Made by a program: the position numbers and the translations under genes
NCBI GenBank assembly: GCA_025558095.1
Contig: JAIVFI010000045.1
Coordinates: 62,001-126,000, forward strand
Length of the DNA stretch: 64,000 nucleotides
Direction of reading: 5' to 3'
Source: Hyaloraphidium curvatum SAG 235-1
Lineage: Eukaryota > Fungi > Monoblepharomycota
The notes under the pieces: generated by a model
What the model was told of the DNA's origin: nothing
Database searches by the model: none
The model's input: the letters and a program-made list of their open reading frames with translations, nothing else
Shown: piece by piece, positions 21,429 to 32,484 of the stretch
Position numbering within the stretch: the first letter of the stretch is position 1
How the letters are laid out: each line of letters starts with the position of its first letter

Positions 21429-23774
21429 TCACCCCGCCGAGACCCTGGGCACCCATGCCGACAGCGTCCTCTCGCTCGTCAGCACGATCTCGGCGAACGT
21501 CCGCGTTGGGTTTTCGGGCTCGATGGCCGTGGCGCCGAACGTGCCCGGCTGCGACGGCATCTCCAGGTCTTCCTCGGCGTCCTCGGGGGCCGGCGAGGCC
21601 GCGGAGGTGACGCCGAGGGCTTCCATCGTGCGGCGGAAGTTGTCGGCCATTTTCTTGGCTGGTTGCGGGGACGGGGGCAGGAGGCGGCGTCAGCCGCAGA
21701 AAACGGGGACGTGCTCGCGGCGTGCACCGACCTGGGGCACCGTACCACGTCCCGATCCCGTCGAGGTATCTCGCAATCACCCTCAGGTCGTGCGCATGCC
21801 CGCTCGCCTCGACCGCAGCCGCCAGCTCCTCGGGCGGCAGCCTGGCCTTCATCACCCCAAGCGCGGCCATCGACAGCGCGCCCATCCGCAGGAGCGCCGT
21901 TATCGAGAGCTGGTGCACGCCCTTCAGCGACGGGTCTGCTGCCATCTGCCCCTCCGCCATCCGGACAAAGAGCACCGCCCCCTCAAGGACCGGGAGAAAG
22001 CCCGGGGAAGAGAAGAGCCTCGCATCGGCGGCGGCGGGGTCGCCCTGGATCCAGTGTTCGCAGCGGTACGCGCGGAGCTGCATCAACACCAGCCAGAAGA
22101 TGTGCGCTGCGGCGTTCGAGTTGAAGTGGGCGCCAGAGGCGGCGAAGAACGGGGCGGCCTCGCCCTGCGCCGCGGCGGGACCGAAGCCGGGGGGGAGGTG
22201 CCGGAAGGCGGCTTCGCAGAGGGTTTCGAAGACCCGCACGAGCTCGCAGTACTTCTGCTCTGCGTCCGTCAGCTCGCGGGGCTCCTTCGCGAGCGTGCGG
22301 AGGGTTTCGACGCCGGAGCGCGACGCGAAGGAGCGCATCCGGAGCCGCAGGTGGCGCAGGAAGTTGGCGAAGGCCACCGCGCAGAACGAAGGGCTGGCGC
22401 GCCATAGGAATGCGGGCTCCATGAGCGAGGCGACGAGACGGTCGCCCGCCTGCACGTCCGGCGTCGCCAGGAACTGGGAAAAGTCGACCACGGCGGGCTC
22501 ATCGCCCGAGCTTCCGGGGCCGTAGAGTTCCGTGAAAGCGAAGCCGGTGTCGTGGTGCTCGAAAAAGACGTCGTGGCACGGCAGCTGCAGCCGCGGCGCG
22601 AGGACGAAAAAGTCCGTATCTTCCTCCCTGTTGCTCACATAGGCGAAGATGACCTCGAAGTTCATCATAGCGAACCAAAGCCGGCGGCACATTTCGCCCC
22701 TGATCCAGTCCACGACGTCGCGCGGAGGTGCGGTGGGTAGGAGCACGCAATCCCGGCCCGGCGGGAAACCTCCTCCGGCTGGGTCTGCCTGGGTGAGGCA
22801 GAGCCTCTGCACGATGCACAACCCCAACTGGAACAGCCCCACGGCACGCTGGGCAAAGCCAAGGTAAATGCCGGCCTGCACAACGACAAAGATGGTCTGG
22901 ACGGCCTCCATCTCCGTCATGTGGCCGCCCGCCGCGCTCCCGAGACCCTGCACGAAGCCAGCGAGGATCAGATCCCTCGCCCGTTCCACGCAGTGCCGCG
23001 CAATCCAAAGCCGTTCGACGTCCGTCAGCCCGAAACCCTCCACGAGGCGCGCGCCCTGGGCCGCCGCGGCGTAGAGCAGCGCGAGCGGCCTGGTGGCGCC
23101 GTAAATGGGGCTGCTCCCCGCAGCAAACGCGTCCTGGAACATCTTGCGGTGCACGACGGGGTGGGCCGCGTTGCAATCGTCGAAGTAGGCAGCGACGCAG
23201 GCCAGGATCAGGTCCGAGGGCAGGTTCGCGGCTGTCGAGCCGGCCGGCGCAAAGAGGGAGTGGGGATGGGGCACGGGCGACCACGGGAACGTATGGTTCC
23301 CGGCAAAGAAGCCGAAACTGTCCATCGGGGCCGAATTCGCCTGAAGCGGCGTGCCGAAGCCGGCCACCGGGCTCGGTGCGAGAGGCGAGAAAAGGGAGGC
23401 CGTCTGGGGTGCCGGATCCGGGCTCCACGGCGCCGACGCGGCCGGCACCCACGATGCCACGGCCCTGTCGTTCACCGGGCCGGCCACGGCCTTCCGCAGC
23501 TTGTCCCGCTGCCTTCGCGAGAGGCCGAACGTCTGGGGCACGCACGGCCGGCCCACTTTCACGCAGCGTGCACACGGCCCCCCGCCCGGCGAGGGCTGGC
23601 ACCGCTTTTTGTCCGAATGGCAGCCGTGACTATTGCGGATTGGGGGAGCTGGGCGGTTAGGGAGCCCTTCGCGGGGGACGAGTGCGACACCCACCAACTC
23701 GGCTTACCGCCGCCGAAGCCCGCCACGTCCGGCGCCGCCGGCGGCGCGCCGGCGTCCGCGCCGCTCGCGGGCAT
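21429..23774 (-). CDS. Zn2Cys6 + Fungal_trans transcription factor (copy B), tandem paralog of copy A
   Basis: Spliced SCHGCHSDKKRCQPSPGGGPCARCVKVGRPC, with the first intron in the same position as copy A. Long near-identical stretches with copy A. An extra intron lies near 21660-21730. Confidence 0.92.
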
Positions 23775-24416
23775 CGCAAAGGAGCGCTGCCGCCCGGTCG
23801 GGTGTCGCGGCAAGTCGGTGTGGTTTGGTTTTCAGGGACGACGGTTTAGCCTTCCTGCAGGCCAGCCAGAAAGCCATTTCATCGTCCCTGGATGTGAGAT
23901 ACCCCGCTGCGAACCCCCTGGGGCACCGCCATGAGCCGAGAACTCAGGATACGCTTCCGATCGAGAAATGTAGTTCAGTCCGGGCGGATCGGCACCGTGG
24001 AACTCGCGCAGTTGGACTTGAAGAGACTTGCCACCGCGCCGGCCGACAGCCAGAAAACGGCGAATCGTCGGGGATGCTCCTGTCGGACCGGGTCCATGGA
24101 AGAATCAGCTTGAACGATACAACTGCTCATACACTGCACTTGCTGCTGAGCGGAGGGCCAGAGGCTCGTTCATCCCTGCGTGCCGCAACTCCAGACGGCC
24201 ATCTAGTACACGCAGGCAAGGAGGAGTCACCTTAAAGAACCACTATAAACGTGAATTCCTCCTAGACACTCGTTTCGCAGCAGCTTATTCATTTTGCTCG
24301 CGATGTTGATTTACTCTCCAAGTGTGAGTGCCGGGGAAGTTGAATGAGGCTGCCAACCTGCGCGACGAGGAACACGACTCTCAAAGCACCCCGTCCCCCG
24401 GGTTGCCGCCTCCGCC

Positions 24417-27400
24417 ATGTCCAGCGACGACGAGTCGTTCGCCACGCCGCCGTCGTCGCCCGAGCCCGACGGCGGCCCGGCGGTGCCCCGCCCGCCGCCG
24501 AGGCGCGACTCGCCCGCGCTCGCGCCGCCCGCGCCCGACGTGCCCGGCCTCGCGGACGTGCTGAGAGGCCTCGACGCGCTGTCGCTGCCGAAGGCCGTGC
24601 CCGGGGAGTCTGCGGGCTCGACGGGGGCACGGGGTGGGAGGCGGGACGCGGGGACCGCAAACACGGAAGGCGGACCGGGGACGGTGCGGACGCTCCAGGG
24701 GCCCGCGGGCAAGACGCTGGAGGACCTGATCTTCCCTCCCACCCCGGACGGGCTGCCCGTTGGACCGGAGGAAACGCAAGGGGGACGGGGAAGCGCGGAG
24801 CCATCGCCCGTCAGGGGCGTGCCGCCGAGGTGCCTCGGGTCCCCTTCGGCCTCGTTCGACGACTTCTCGCGGCTGGAAGAGGACCTGGACGGCTGGGACG
24901 TCGGCTACGGACGCGGAGAATCGCCCAGTCCAGAGCCTGAGCGGCAAGAGGACAGCGAAATCGCAGACACGGTTCCCACTCCCGCCGCCGCCCCGCCCCC
25001 CGAACAAGGGAAGTCCCTGGAGGACCTACTCTTCCCTCCCACCCCCGAAGCGGACCGCGGCAGACCCCGTGCCGGCACCACCCCGTCGCCCGCCTCGCGG
25101 CCCCGCGCGGTCAGCGCCGACGAGCTGCAGACCCCGAGGTCGGCGGTGCGGTCGCCCGGCGGGGCGTACGTGCTAGACACGGACAGCGAGGACGATGTGC
25201 GCCCGTCGGGGAGCACGGCCGGGACGATGGCGACGCGGGAGGAGGTGGACCTCATGGACTCGGACTCGGACGACGGGCAGCGCGCCTTGCCGGCGCCGTC
25301 TCGGGTCGGTCAACCCCCCGTGGACTCGGATTCGGACGACGAACTGCCGGTGCTCGCGCCGCCAAAGCCGAAACCGGACCTGGACAGGTGGCGCAAGAAC
25401 AACGCGACGCCGCCAAAGAACTCGACCGTCCTCATCGACCTGACCAACTCGCCCGGAGACCTACCCGGATTCCTCCCGCCCCCCGGCAAGACCAGCGGGC
25501 CCCCTTCCGACCGGTCGCCCGGCTCAACGCCCCCGAGGCCCGTCTCGGCCCCGGTGGTCTTTGCCAAGCCGAAGCTCGTGCTCCCCGTGAATGACTCGTA
25601 CTCCACCTTCGATGCCTCTTTCCGCGCTCCCAGCAAACCCCTCCCTGCCGAGCAAACCCCCGACTCGCCCCCGCCCCCCGACTCGGCCGGCCCCGACGGC
25701 GTGCACCCCGCCCTCGCCCTGCTGACCAGCGACCCCGACCCCTCCCTCCTCGCCGACGTCGACCAGCCGCGCGACCTCACCGTCAGGCTCATGCCGCACC
25801 AGCTCGTCGGCCTGCGCTTCCTCGTCGGGCAGGAGCGCGCCTCGGCCCGGCGGGGCGGCATCCTCGCCGACGACATGGGCCTGGGCAAGACCGTCCAGAC
25901 CATCGCCCTCATCCTGGCCAACCGCCCCCGCCCGGACCCCGCGCTCGCATTCGGCCAGCCGAAAGACCGCAAGGCGACCCTGGTGGTCGCCACCAAGGCC
26001 CTGGCGCCGCAGTGGGCCCGCGAGGTCAAGTCCAAGACCCGCCCCGGGGCGCTCTCGGTGCTCGTCTACCACGGCCCCGTCCGCCCGCGCGACCCGAGGG
26101 TGCTGGAGCGGTACGACGTGGTGATCACCACCTACAGCACCCTGGAAGCCGAGCGGCGGTCGCACGCCGGGTCAGACGCCGAGGCCGAGCGGGAGCTTGG
26201 CACGCTGTTCCGCGCGCGGTGGCTGAGGGTGGTGCTGGATGAGGCGCATCTGATCAAGAACAGGGCGGCCAAGTCGAGCGTGGCGGCGTGCCATCTGGAT
26301 GCCAGCTACAGGCTGTGCCTGACGGGGACGCCGTGCCAGAACTCGCTCGAGGACGTGCATTCGCTGCTCAAGTTCCTGCGGATCCCTCCGTACGACGACC
26401 ACAAGTTGTTCAAGAGCGAGGTGCTGGAGCCGTACAAGCGTGCCAAGGGCAACCAGGCCGTGCTTGCCCTCGAGAGGCTGCGCGCGGTGCTGGCCACGGT
26501 CATGCTCCGCCGGACCAAGGCGTCTGTCGACGGCGCCGGCAAGCCGCTGCTGGAACTCCCGCCCAAGGATGTGGACCTGGTGCGGTGCGAGCTCGGCGAG
26601 CGGGAGCGGGCATTCTACGACTCGCTCGAGGGGCGGATGCGCGCCGAGTTCGAGGGGATGGCGGCGGCGGAGCAGAGGAAGTACACGACGGTGCTGACGC
26701 TCATCCTGCGGCTGAGGCAGTGCTGCGACCACCCGGCGCTGGTGGGCGCGGTGGAGGAGGAGGAGGCCGAGGTGGACAGGGAGCTGCGGGGGGCCTCGGC
26801 GGGATCGGAGGTGGACGGGCTCTCGGAGCGGCTGGCGTCCTTCTCGGTGTCGTCGTCGGCGGCGGCTGGCAAGGGCCCTGTATCGCGGGAGAAGAAGAAC
26901 GCGGCGGTGCTGGCCCGCCTCTTGCGCAGCTGGACGCCCTCGGCCAAGACGGACGCGGCGATGGACCTGCTCCGGCGCGAGCTGGAGGAGGACGCGGGGA
27001 ACAAGGTCTGCGTGTTTTCGCAGTTCACGAGCTTCCTGGACGTCTTCGAGATCCCGCTGCGCGAAGCCGGGTACCGATTCGTGAGATGTGGGCGGCCATA
27101 CTGGGCAAGGTCGTGGCTGCTGTGCTGACGTTTGTCGCAGATGACGGTACGATGAGCATCGCCCAGCGCGAAGAGGTGCTCGCCTCGTTCCGCAACAACA
27201 AGAATGTGCGGATCATGCGTGGGTGCTTTCTTTTTCATCTGGCGGAGCCCTGCTCACGGCCCTCTGCGCACAGTTATCAGCCTCAAGTGTGGATCGCTCG
27301 GCCTGAACCTCGTCTGCGCCAACAAGGTCATCGTCCTCGATCCCTGGTGGAACGGCACGATCGAGGACCAGGCCGTGGACAGGGTGCACCGCATTGGGTG

Positions 27401-27689
27401 AGTGTTTCTTTTGGCTGAAGCTCGCGATGCCTCATTTGTCGTGTCAGGCAAACGAAGCCCGTAAGGGTCAGCAAGCTCATCGTCGACGGCACAATCGAGG
27501 ATCGGATCGTTCAGGTTGGCTTGCCCTCTGCCTGCCACAGCAGTTCTTTGTTGATCGCGGCCGCAGCTCCAGGAAAAGAAGCGCGAGCTGATCAAGGGCG
27601 TCATCGGCGAAGGAGGCGTGGCGGGCGGGGACAGGCTGACCTGGGAGCAGCTGCGGTTCCTGTTCCAGCCCTCGCGCAGGGCCGAGTGA
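24417..27689 (+). CDS. SNF2-family ATPase (Rad5/Rad16/Ris1/Lodestar-like group) without a RING
   Basis: [74 protein letters not shown]. Introns in the 3' part. Confidence 0.95.
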
Positions 27690-27748
27690 GGCCGGCCATC
27701 CATTTTGTTGCCATGCAGAGTGTTGCTTCTGCCAACCCACCTTCGCAA

Positions 27749-29352
27749 ATGTCCCACGCGCTCTCGCCCGCCGAATGGGCCGCTGTGTTCCCGGCGGACG
27801 CGTCGCCCGGTGGCACGGGTGGCCTCGCGCCGTACGACCCCGCGGCGGAGCTGCGGGCGGCCGAGCCGCTGACGCCGCCGGCGACGCTCGCGCTGCTGCG
27901 GCCAGTGCCGCTGGCGTCTTTTCTGCTGAAAGTGCAGATTGCGGTCGCCGGCCGCGCCGGCGCGCTCATGGGCGCCGTGCTTTCTCTAACGTCGCTGATC
28001 GTCCCGCTGTGGACTCTCCTCCCGATGTGGCTCGCGTGCAACGGCGGCCGTTTCGCGGGGCGAGAGCTCGCCGTGGCCACCGCCTGCGTCGCACTCACCC
28101 ACGTGTGCGGGACGTGGCTGCTCATCGCGACCCCGGGCTTCGTGGACTCTTACCGCGGTCTGCGGGGCAAGGAGACGCTCGGGGACCACGCGTTCGCCGT
28201 CCTGGCCCGCTGGCTCCAGCTGGTTTCCGCTGACTCCCCGACGAGCACTTCTGGGGACGAGGACGGCGCCGGCTACGGCCTGGTGGCGCACCGTCCTGAC
28301 GACCGCGAGTGCACGTGCCCGCGCAAGGGTTGCTCGGGTTCGCTCCCAGCGCAGGCCGCAGTCAGCACACTGATGCTCACGCTCTACATCGTCCTTTATA
28401 TCTCCGCGACATCAGTACTCTCTTCGTATTCCAGCACCGTGTCACTCGCCCGCTGTACGTGGACAACGCTGTGGACCGCAACCCTGGGCGGCGTTTTCTG
28501 TGCGTTCCGATCGATTGACTGTTATCTGGGACTGACGCGATCGAGGTAGACGTTGCCTTTCTGCTACAGTCGGTTTCCTTGGCTGTCAACGCATCGGCAA
28601 CGGCCCCCTCGCTGGGTAGCATGCGCCTGCAGGCCCGGCTGCTCAAGCGAGCCGCACGGATCTGCGTGGACCGCGTCATGGAGCCGTTCCGTGCGGCGGT
28701 GGCGGCTTCTGCAGGCGGCGGACGGGCTGCCGTGCAGGGGCCGGGCACGGCCGTTGGCGGCGTCAAGTCCGTCGACGACACCGAAGAGCGCCTCGCCGCC
28801 GTCGTCGAGCTGTGCGGGCTCCACCGCTCCGCGACTGAGACACTCTCGCAACCCCCGTACCACCTTGCGGCCCCGTACTCTTTCGCGGCCTACGTCGTCT
28901 CGGGGTTGGTCGCGATGCTGGTCGAGATCCTCGCCGCCGGCTGCCTGCCTCTGTCCTCCTACACCAATATCCTCTTCATGATTCTGGGCTCCAACGCCGT
29001 GGACCTCGTGAACCTCGCCGTCTACAACGGCACCCTCACCGGCCTCCTCGACGTGTACGCGCGAGCTGGCGAGGAGGCCCGCACGGTGCTCGCCGTCGGC
29101 GCGGCGATCCCGGGCGCCGCGGGCGCCGCCTTTCGCCACAGCCTGGCGCCGGAGCTCGACGCGGTGGACAAGCTGCTGGCCTCGTTCGCCGAGATCGGAC
29201 GCCACCGGGCGCGGTTCGCTGGGTTCGTTATCACCGGATCGGTCGTCCGGTCCTATTTCACCGCGCTGCTGACGGCGGTGCTGGGTCTGGCGAGCGTGCT
29301 TCACAATTTCGGGGTGCCGTTCACGGCCGAGACGGCGTGTCCGGTGCAGTGA
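27749..29352 (+). CDS. 7-TM membrane protein, candidate gustatory-receptor-like 7TM ion channel (paralog 1)
   Basis: Two exons (intron 28500-28549) and seven hydrophobic segments. C-terminus RHRARFAGFVITGSVVRSYFTALLTAVLGLASVLHNFG..ETACP is homologous to 30798-32302. Confidence 0.7.
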
Positions 29353-29524
29353 CTTTTTCGAGCGCCGTCGGAGGAGACGCCGCAGTGACCTGATCTGTGA
29401 CTGCTTTGGGGAGAAGAAGACTGGTAGGCGTGATCTACTGCGATCCGCCATGCTACGAACATTCGCTTCGATCCAACCATCCGTTACTCTTCCGGTCCCC
29501 CGCAACTTGCCGGCATCCCACCGG

Positions 29525-30292
29525 TCACAGCTTCGAGAAGTCCGCCTGCCGCTTCTCGCGGAACGCCGCCAGCGCCTCCAGGTTGGCCGGCCCGAGGCGG
29601 AGCTTGGCCAGCCCCTCGTTCTCCCTCCTGTTGGCGAGGTGCATGGCTTCCCTGTGTGGCCCCACGAGCAGCTCCTTGGTCTGCAGCAGGGACGCCAGCG
29701 GCAGGCGGGCCAGGTCGCGTGCGTAGGCCAGGACGCGCTCGAGGAAGCCGTCGCCGTCCGGGAGCACGTCCAGCACGAGCTTGTCGGCCTTGCACTGCGC
29801 CGCCGACCACCACTCGGCGCCAAGCAGGAAGCGTGAGGCGGCCTGGGGCCCCATGATTCGCGGGAATGTGTAGGTACTCGCCCCTTCGGCGGTCAGGCCG
29901 AGGGTGGAGAACGGGCACCGGAGCCGGGCGCTCTCGGCCATGAACGCCGCGTCCGCGAGCCCGAGCATGGTCGCGCCCCATCCGACGCCGATGCCATTGA
30001 CGGCGAGAATCAACGGCTTGGGAAAATCGATGCAGACGTCCACAAGGCCCGGGAAGCCGTACTTGTAGGTGCGGCCCGACGGGCCCTTGGCCATGGATCC
30101 CAAATCGGCGCCGGCGGAAAAGGCCCGGCCGGATCCGGTGATCACGACGACCTTTGTCGCCGGGTCGTCGCGCGCCTCGATCATGCGCTCGGCTTGCAGC
30201 TCGAACTGGTCGGGATCAAAGGCGTTGAGGACGTTGGGCCGGTCCAGGGTGAGCAGGCGGACGCCGCCGTCGAGGAGGACGGACTGGATCAT
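29525..30292 (-). CDS. Enoyl-CoA hydratase/isomerase (crotonase family), peroxisomal (SKL), intronless
   Basis: LTLDRPNVLNAF, ITGSGRAFSAGADL, FPKPLILAVNG.GVG.G, PFSTLGL; ends in SKL. Confidence 0.95.
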   Translation of the reverse strand: MIQSVLLDGGVRLLTLDRPNVLNAFDPDQFELQAERMIEARDDPATKVVVITGSGRAFSAGADLGSMAKGPSGRTYKYGFPGLVDVCIDFPKPLILAVNGIGVGWGATMLGLADAAFMAESARLRCPFSTLGLTAEGASTYTFPRIMGPQAASRFLLGAEWWSAAQCKADKLVLDVLPDGDGFLERVLAYARDLARLPLASLLQTKELLVGPHREAMHLANRRENEGLAKLRLGPANLEALAAFREKRQADFSKL

Positions 30293-30797
30293 GTCCGGTT
30301 GTGGCGATTGGGCGCGATCCGAGGGGAAAGACGCGTAGGAGTCGGCGACTCGTCCGTTGGATCGGGCCGGCAGTCGGCGGCGGGTGTTGCGGAGGACGGA
30401 CTTGCCACTCGGCAAGTTCATCCCCCCCCACATCGCTGGCTCACTTTAGTAACATGTCAGCTTTTTCGGCTCCGGGGTCATCAAGGAGCGTTCGAGCCAG
30501 GGATCAGCAATCCGTCGACGCACTTGATGCGCCGTGGGAACGGCAGGGCAGCTGGCAGGCATCCTTCTTTGGGTGACATCAGCGACATCTTCGCTCGAAA
30601 GCAAGCAGGCCGTGATCGCAGATATCACTGCAGCTACGTACGCCTATCCGCGGAGGCCCCGGTCGTTTCCGTATGCACCGCCCGCCAACTCCTCACTCCG
30701 ATCGCGATCAAATACGGACCTTCGACACCGCTGCCAGCTCCTAGTCCCCCGGAGCGCCTCGCTTGCACCCCCTTTTCCGACTTTCTGGCTCCTAATC

Positions 30798-32302
30798 ATG
30801 GAAGACGAAGTCAAGCTCGACGTTGAGCCGCGGCCCTTCTCCCTCGGCGGCGCCGAGTGGCTCGCGGTGCTCCCTGCCGCGCCCGACTGGAGCCCCGACC
30901 TCCCCGCCGCGGCCCCAACGGATCCCGCCGCGGAAGCTCGCAAAGAGGCCCCGTTGGATTTCGACGCGTTTGTCGGCGCCCTGGAGCCCAAAGCGGGCGC
31001 CATGGCCGCGTCGGTGCGGCTGCAGGTGCATCTCGACCCGTGGGGCCGGCGGGCGCTGCTCCGCTCGGTGGCGGTATATCTGGGCATCGTCGGCATCACG
31101 GTCGTGTTTTGTGTCTTCGGTGCCGGCTACTACGGGGCGGCCCAGCTCGCGGCCGGGGCCGTGTCGAACCTCGGGCAGGTCTTTGCCGGCAGCCTTGGAG
31201 TCGCGCTTTTTGCCGCCTACCGGTCCTCTCTACAGGCGGTGGGGGACCGCGGGCGCGGAAAGCAGCTCAAAGCAATTGTCGACTTCTCTCATCACGGCGC
31301 GGCCGGGTTGGCACGTTGGCTGCAGGTGGCGTCGGCGCCAGCGGGTTCCCTGCTCGAACACGAACCTAACGACAGCCTGTGCCCGTGCAGCGCACCATCG
31401 TGCGCCGGCAACCTCCCGGGTTTGGCTGGCGTGGCTCGCTTCGCCGAGTCCTTCTTCAAGTTCACCATCTTTCTGCTCTATACCGCGCTGGCGGTTGCAG
31501 CTGTGGCCATCTTCCCCCCATTCTCCTCGCGAATCTGGGCAACAGTGTGGGCGGCGACCATCCTGGCCTTGTTCTGCACCGCAGCCTTTGCCTTCGGCGT
31601 CCCGGTCTCGTTCGTGCGCTTCTCCACCAACCTCCCGCTCCTCCAGCTGTCGCGGAGGGTCAACGTCGCGCAATGAGGCTGGCCCTCGCGCCGATGGTGC
31701 AGCGGTACCGCGACGCCGTGGACTCGGGAAAGTGGTCCGGCGCCGAGAAGCCGGAACGCGCATCATACATGCTGTTGCACCGCCTCCTGTCCTGTTCGTG
31801 GCGGAACAGCATCAGGACCTTCAGCACCTCCTCCCCCATGTTGCTCCCCGTCTCCACCGCCATCGCCTGCGGCCTCGTCAACATGGCCGCCGGGTCCTGC
31901 CTGCCCGCCCTGTACCCGGCCTACCTCGCCTACATCTTCGTCGCCACGCTCATCTTTGACCTGATTCACGTCGCGGCCAGCAACGCCCAGATCACCGGCA
32001 TCCGCTCGCTGTACCTCGACGCGGCACAGGAGCTCGCCGCGCTCAGGCGTGAGCTCACCTCGTGCGCCTCGTCGCCACCGGACTCCGCCCTCCTTGCCGC
32101 CATCGAGGCCGACTCTGCCGTGCTCGCGGGCTACATCGACACGGACAGGTACAGGGCTAGGTTCCTGGGGTTCGTAGTTACCTTCGGTACCGTGCGCACG
32201 CTGATCGTCACGGCGCTCACCCTTGTGCTCGGGCTGTGGAGCGTGTTCAGGAACCTGGGAATCGTGCTCACGGGGGAGCTCGCGTGCCCGCCGCGGGCGT
32301 GA
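30798..32302 (+). CDS. 7-TM membrane protein, candidate gustatory-receptor-like 7TM ion channel (paralog 2), with a 1-bp frameshift at about 31663
   Basis: Two ORFs join if one C is added (GTC[C]AACGT gives V-Q-R-R-A-M), which restores alignment to paralog 1. C-terminus DRYRARFLGFVVTFGTVRTLIVTALTLVLGLWSVFRNLG..ELACP. Confidence 0.7.
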
Positions 32303-32484
32303 TGGGCGGGGTGACCAACTGCCGTTGGAGTCGAGTTCGAGACAAGATTAGTTCCTGTAGCGCGTCCTCGCGCGGTGTGAGCCGATCAGTGATCGTCAAC
32401 GGTGCGAATCCAACGTCAACACCGACGAAGGCACCCCGCGAATCCCGCCGTCTGCCGCTCCTCCTCCACGCCTCCGCACCCAGC

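Noticed and set aside
27749-32302. Calling the 7-TM genes GPCRs
   Set aside because: No GPCR motifs. The loop pattern implies N-in topology, and conservation is concentrated at TM7, which fits 7TMIC better.
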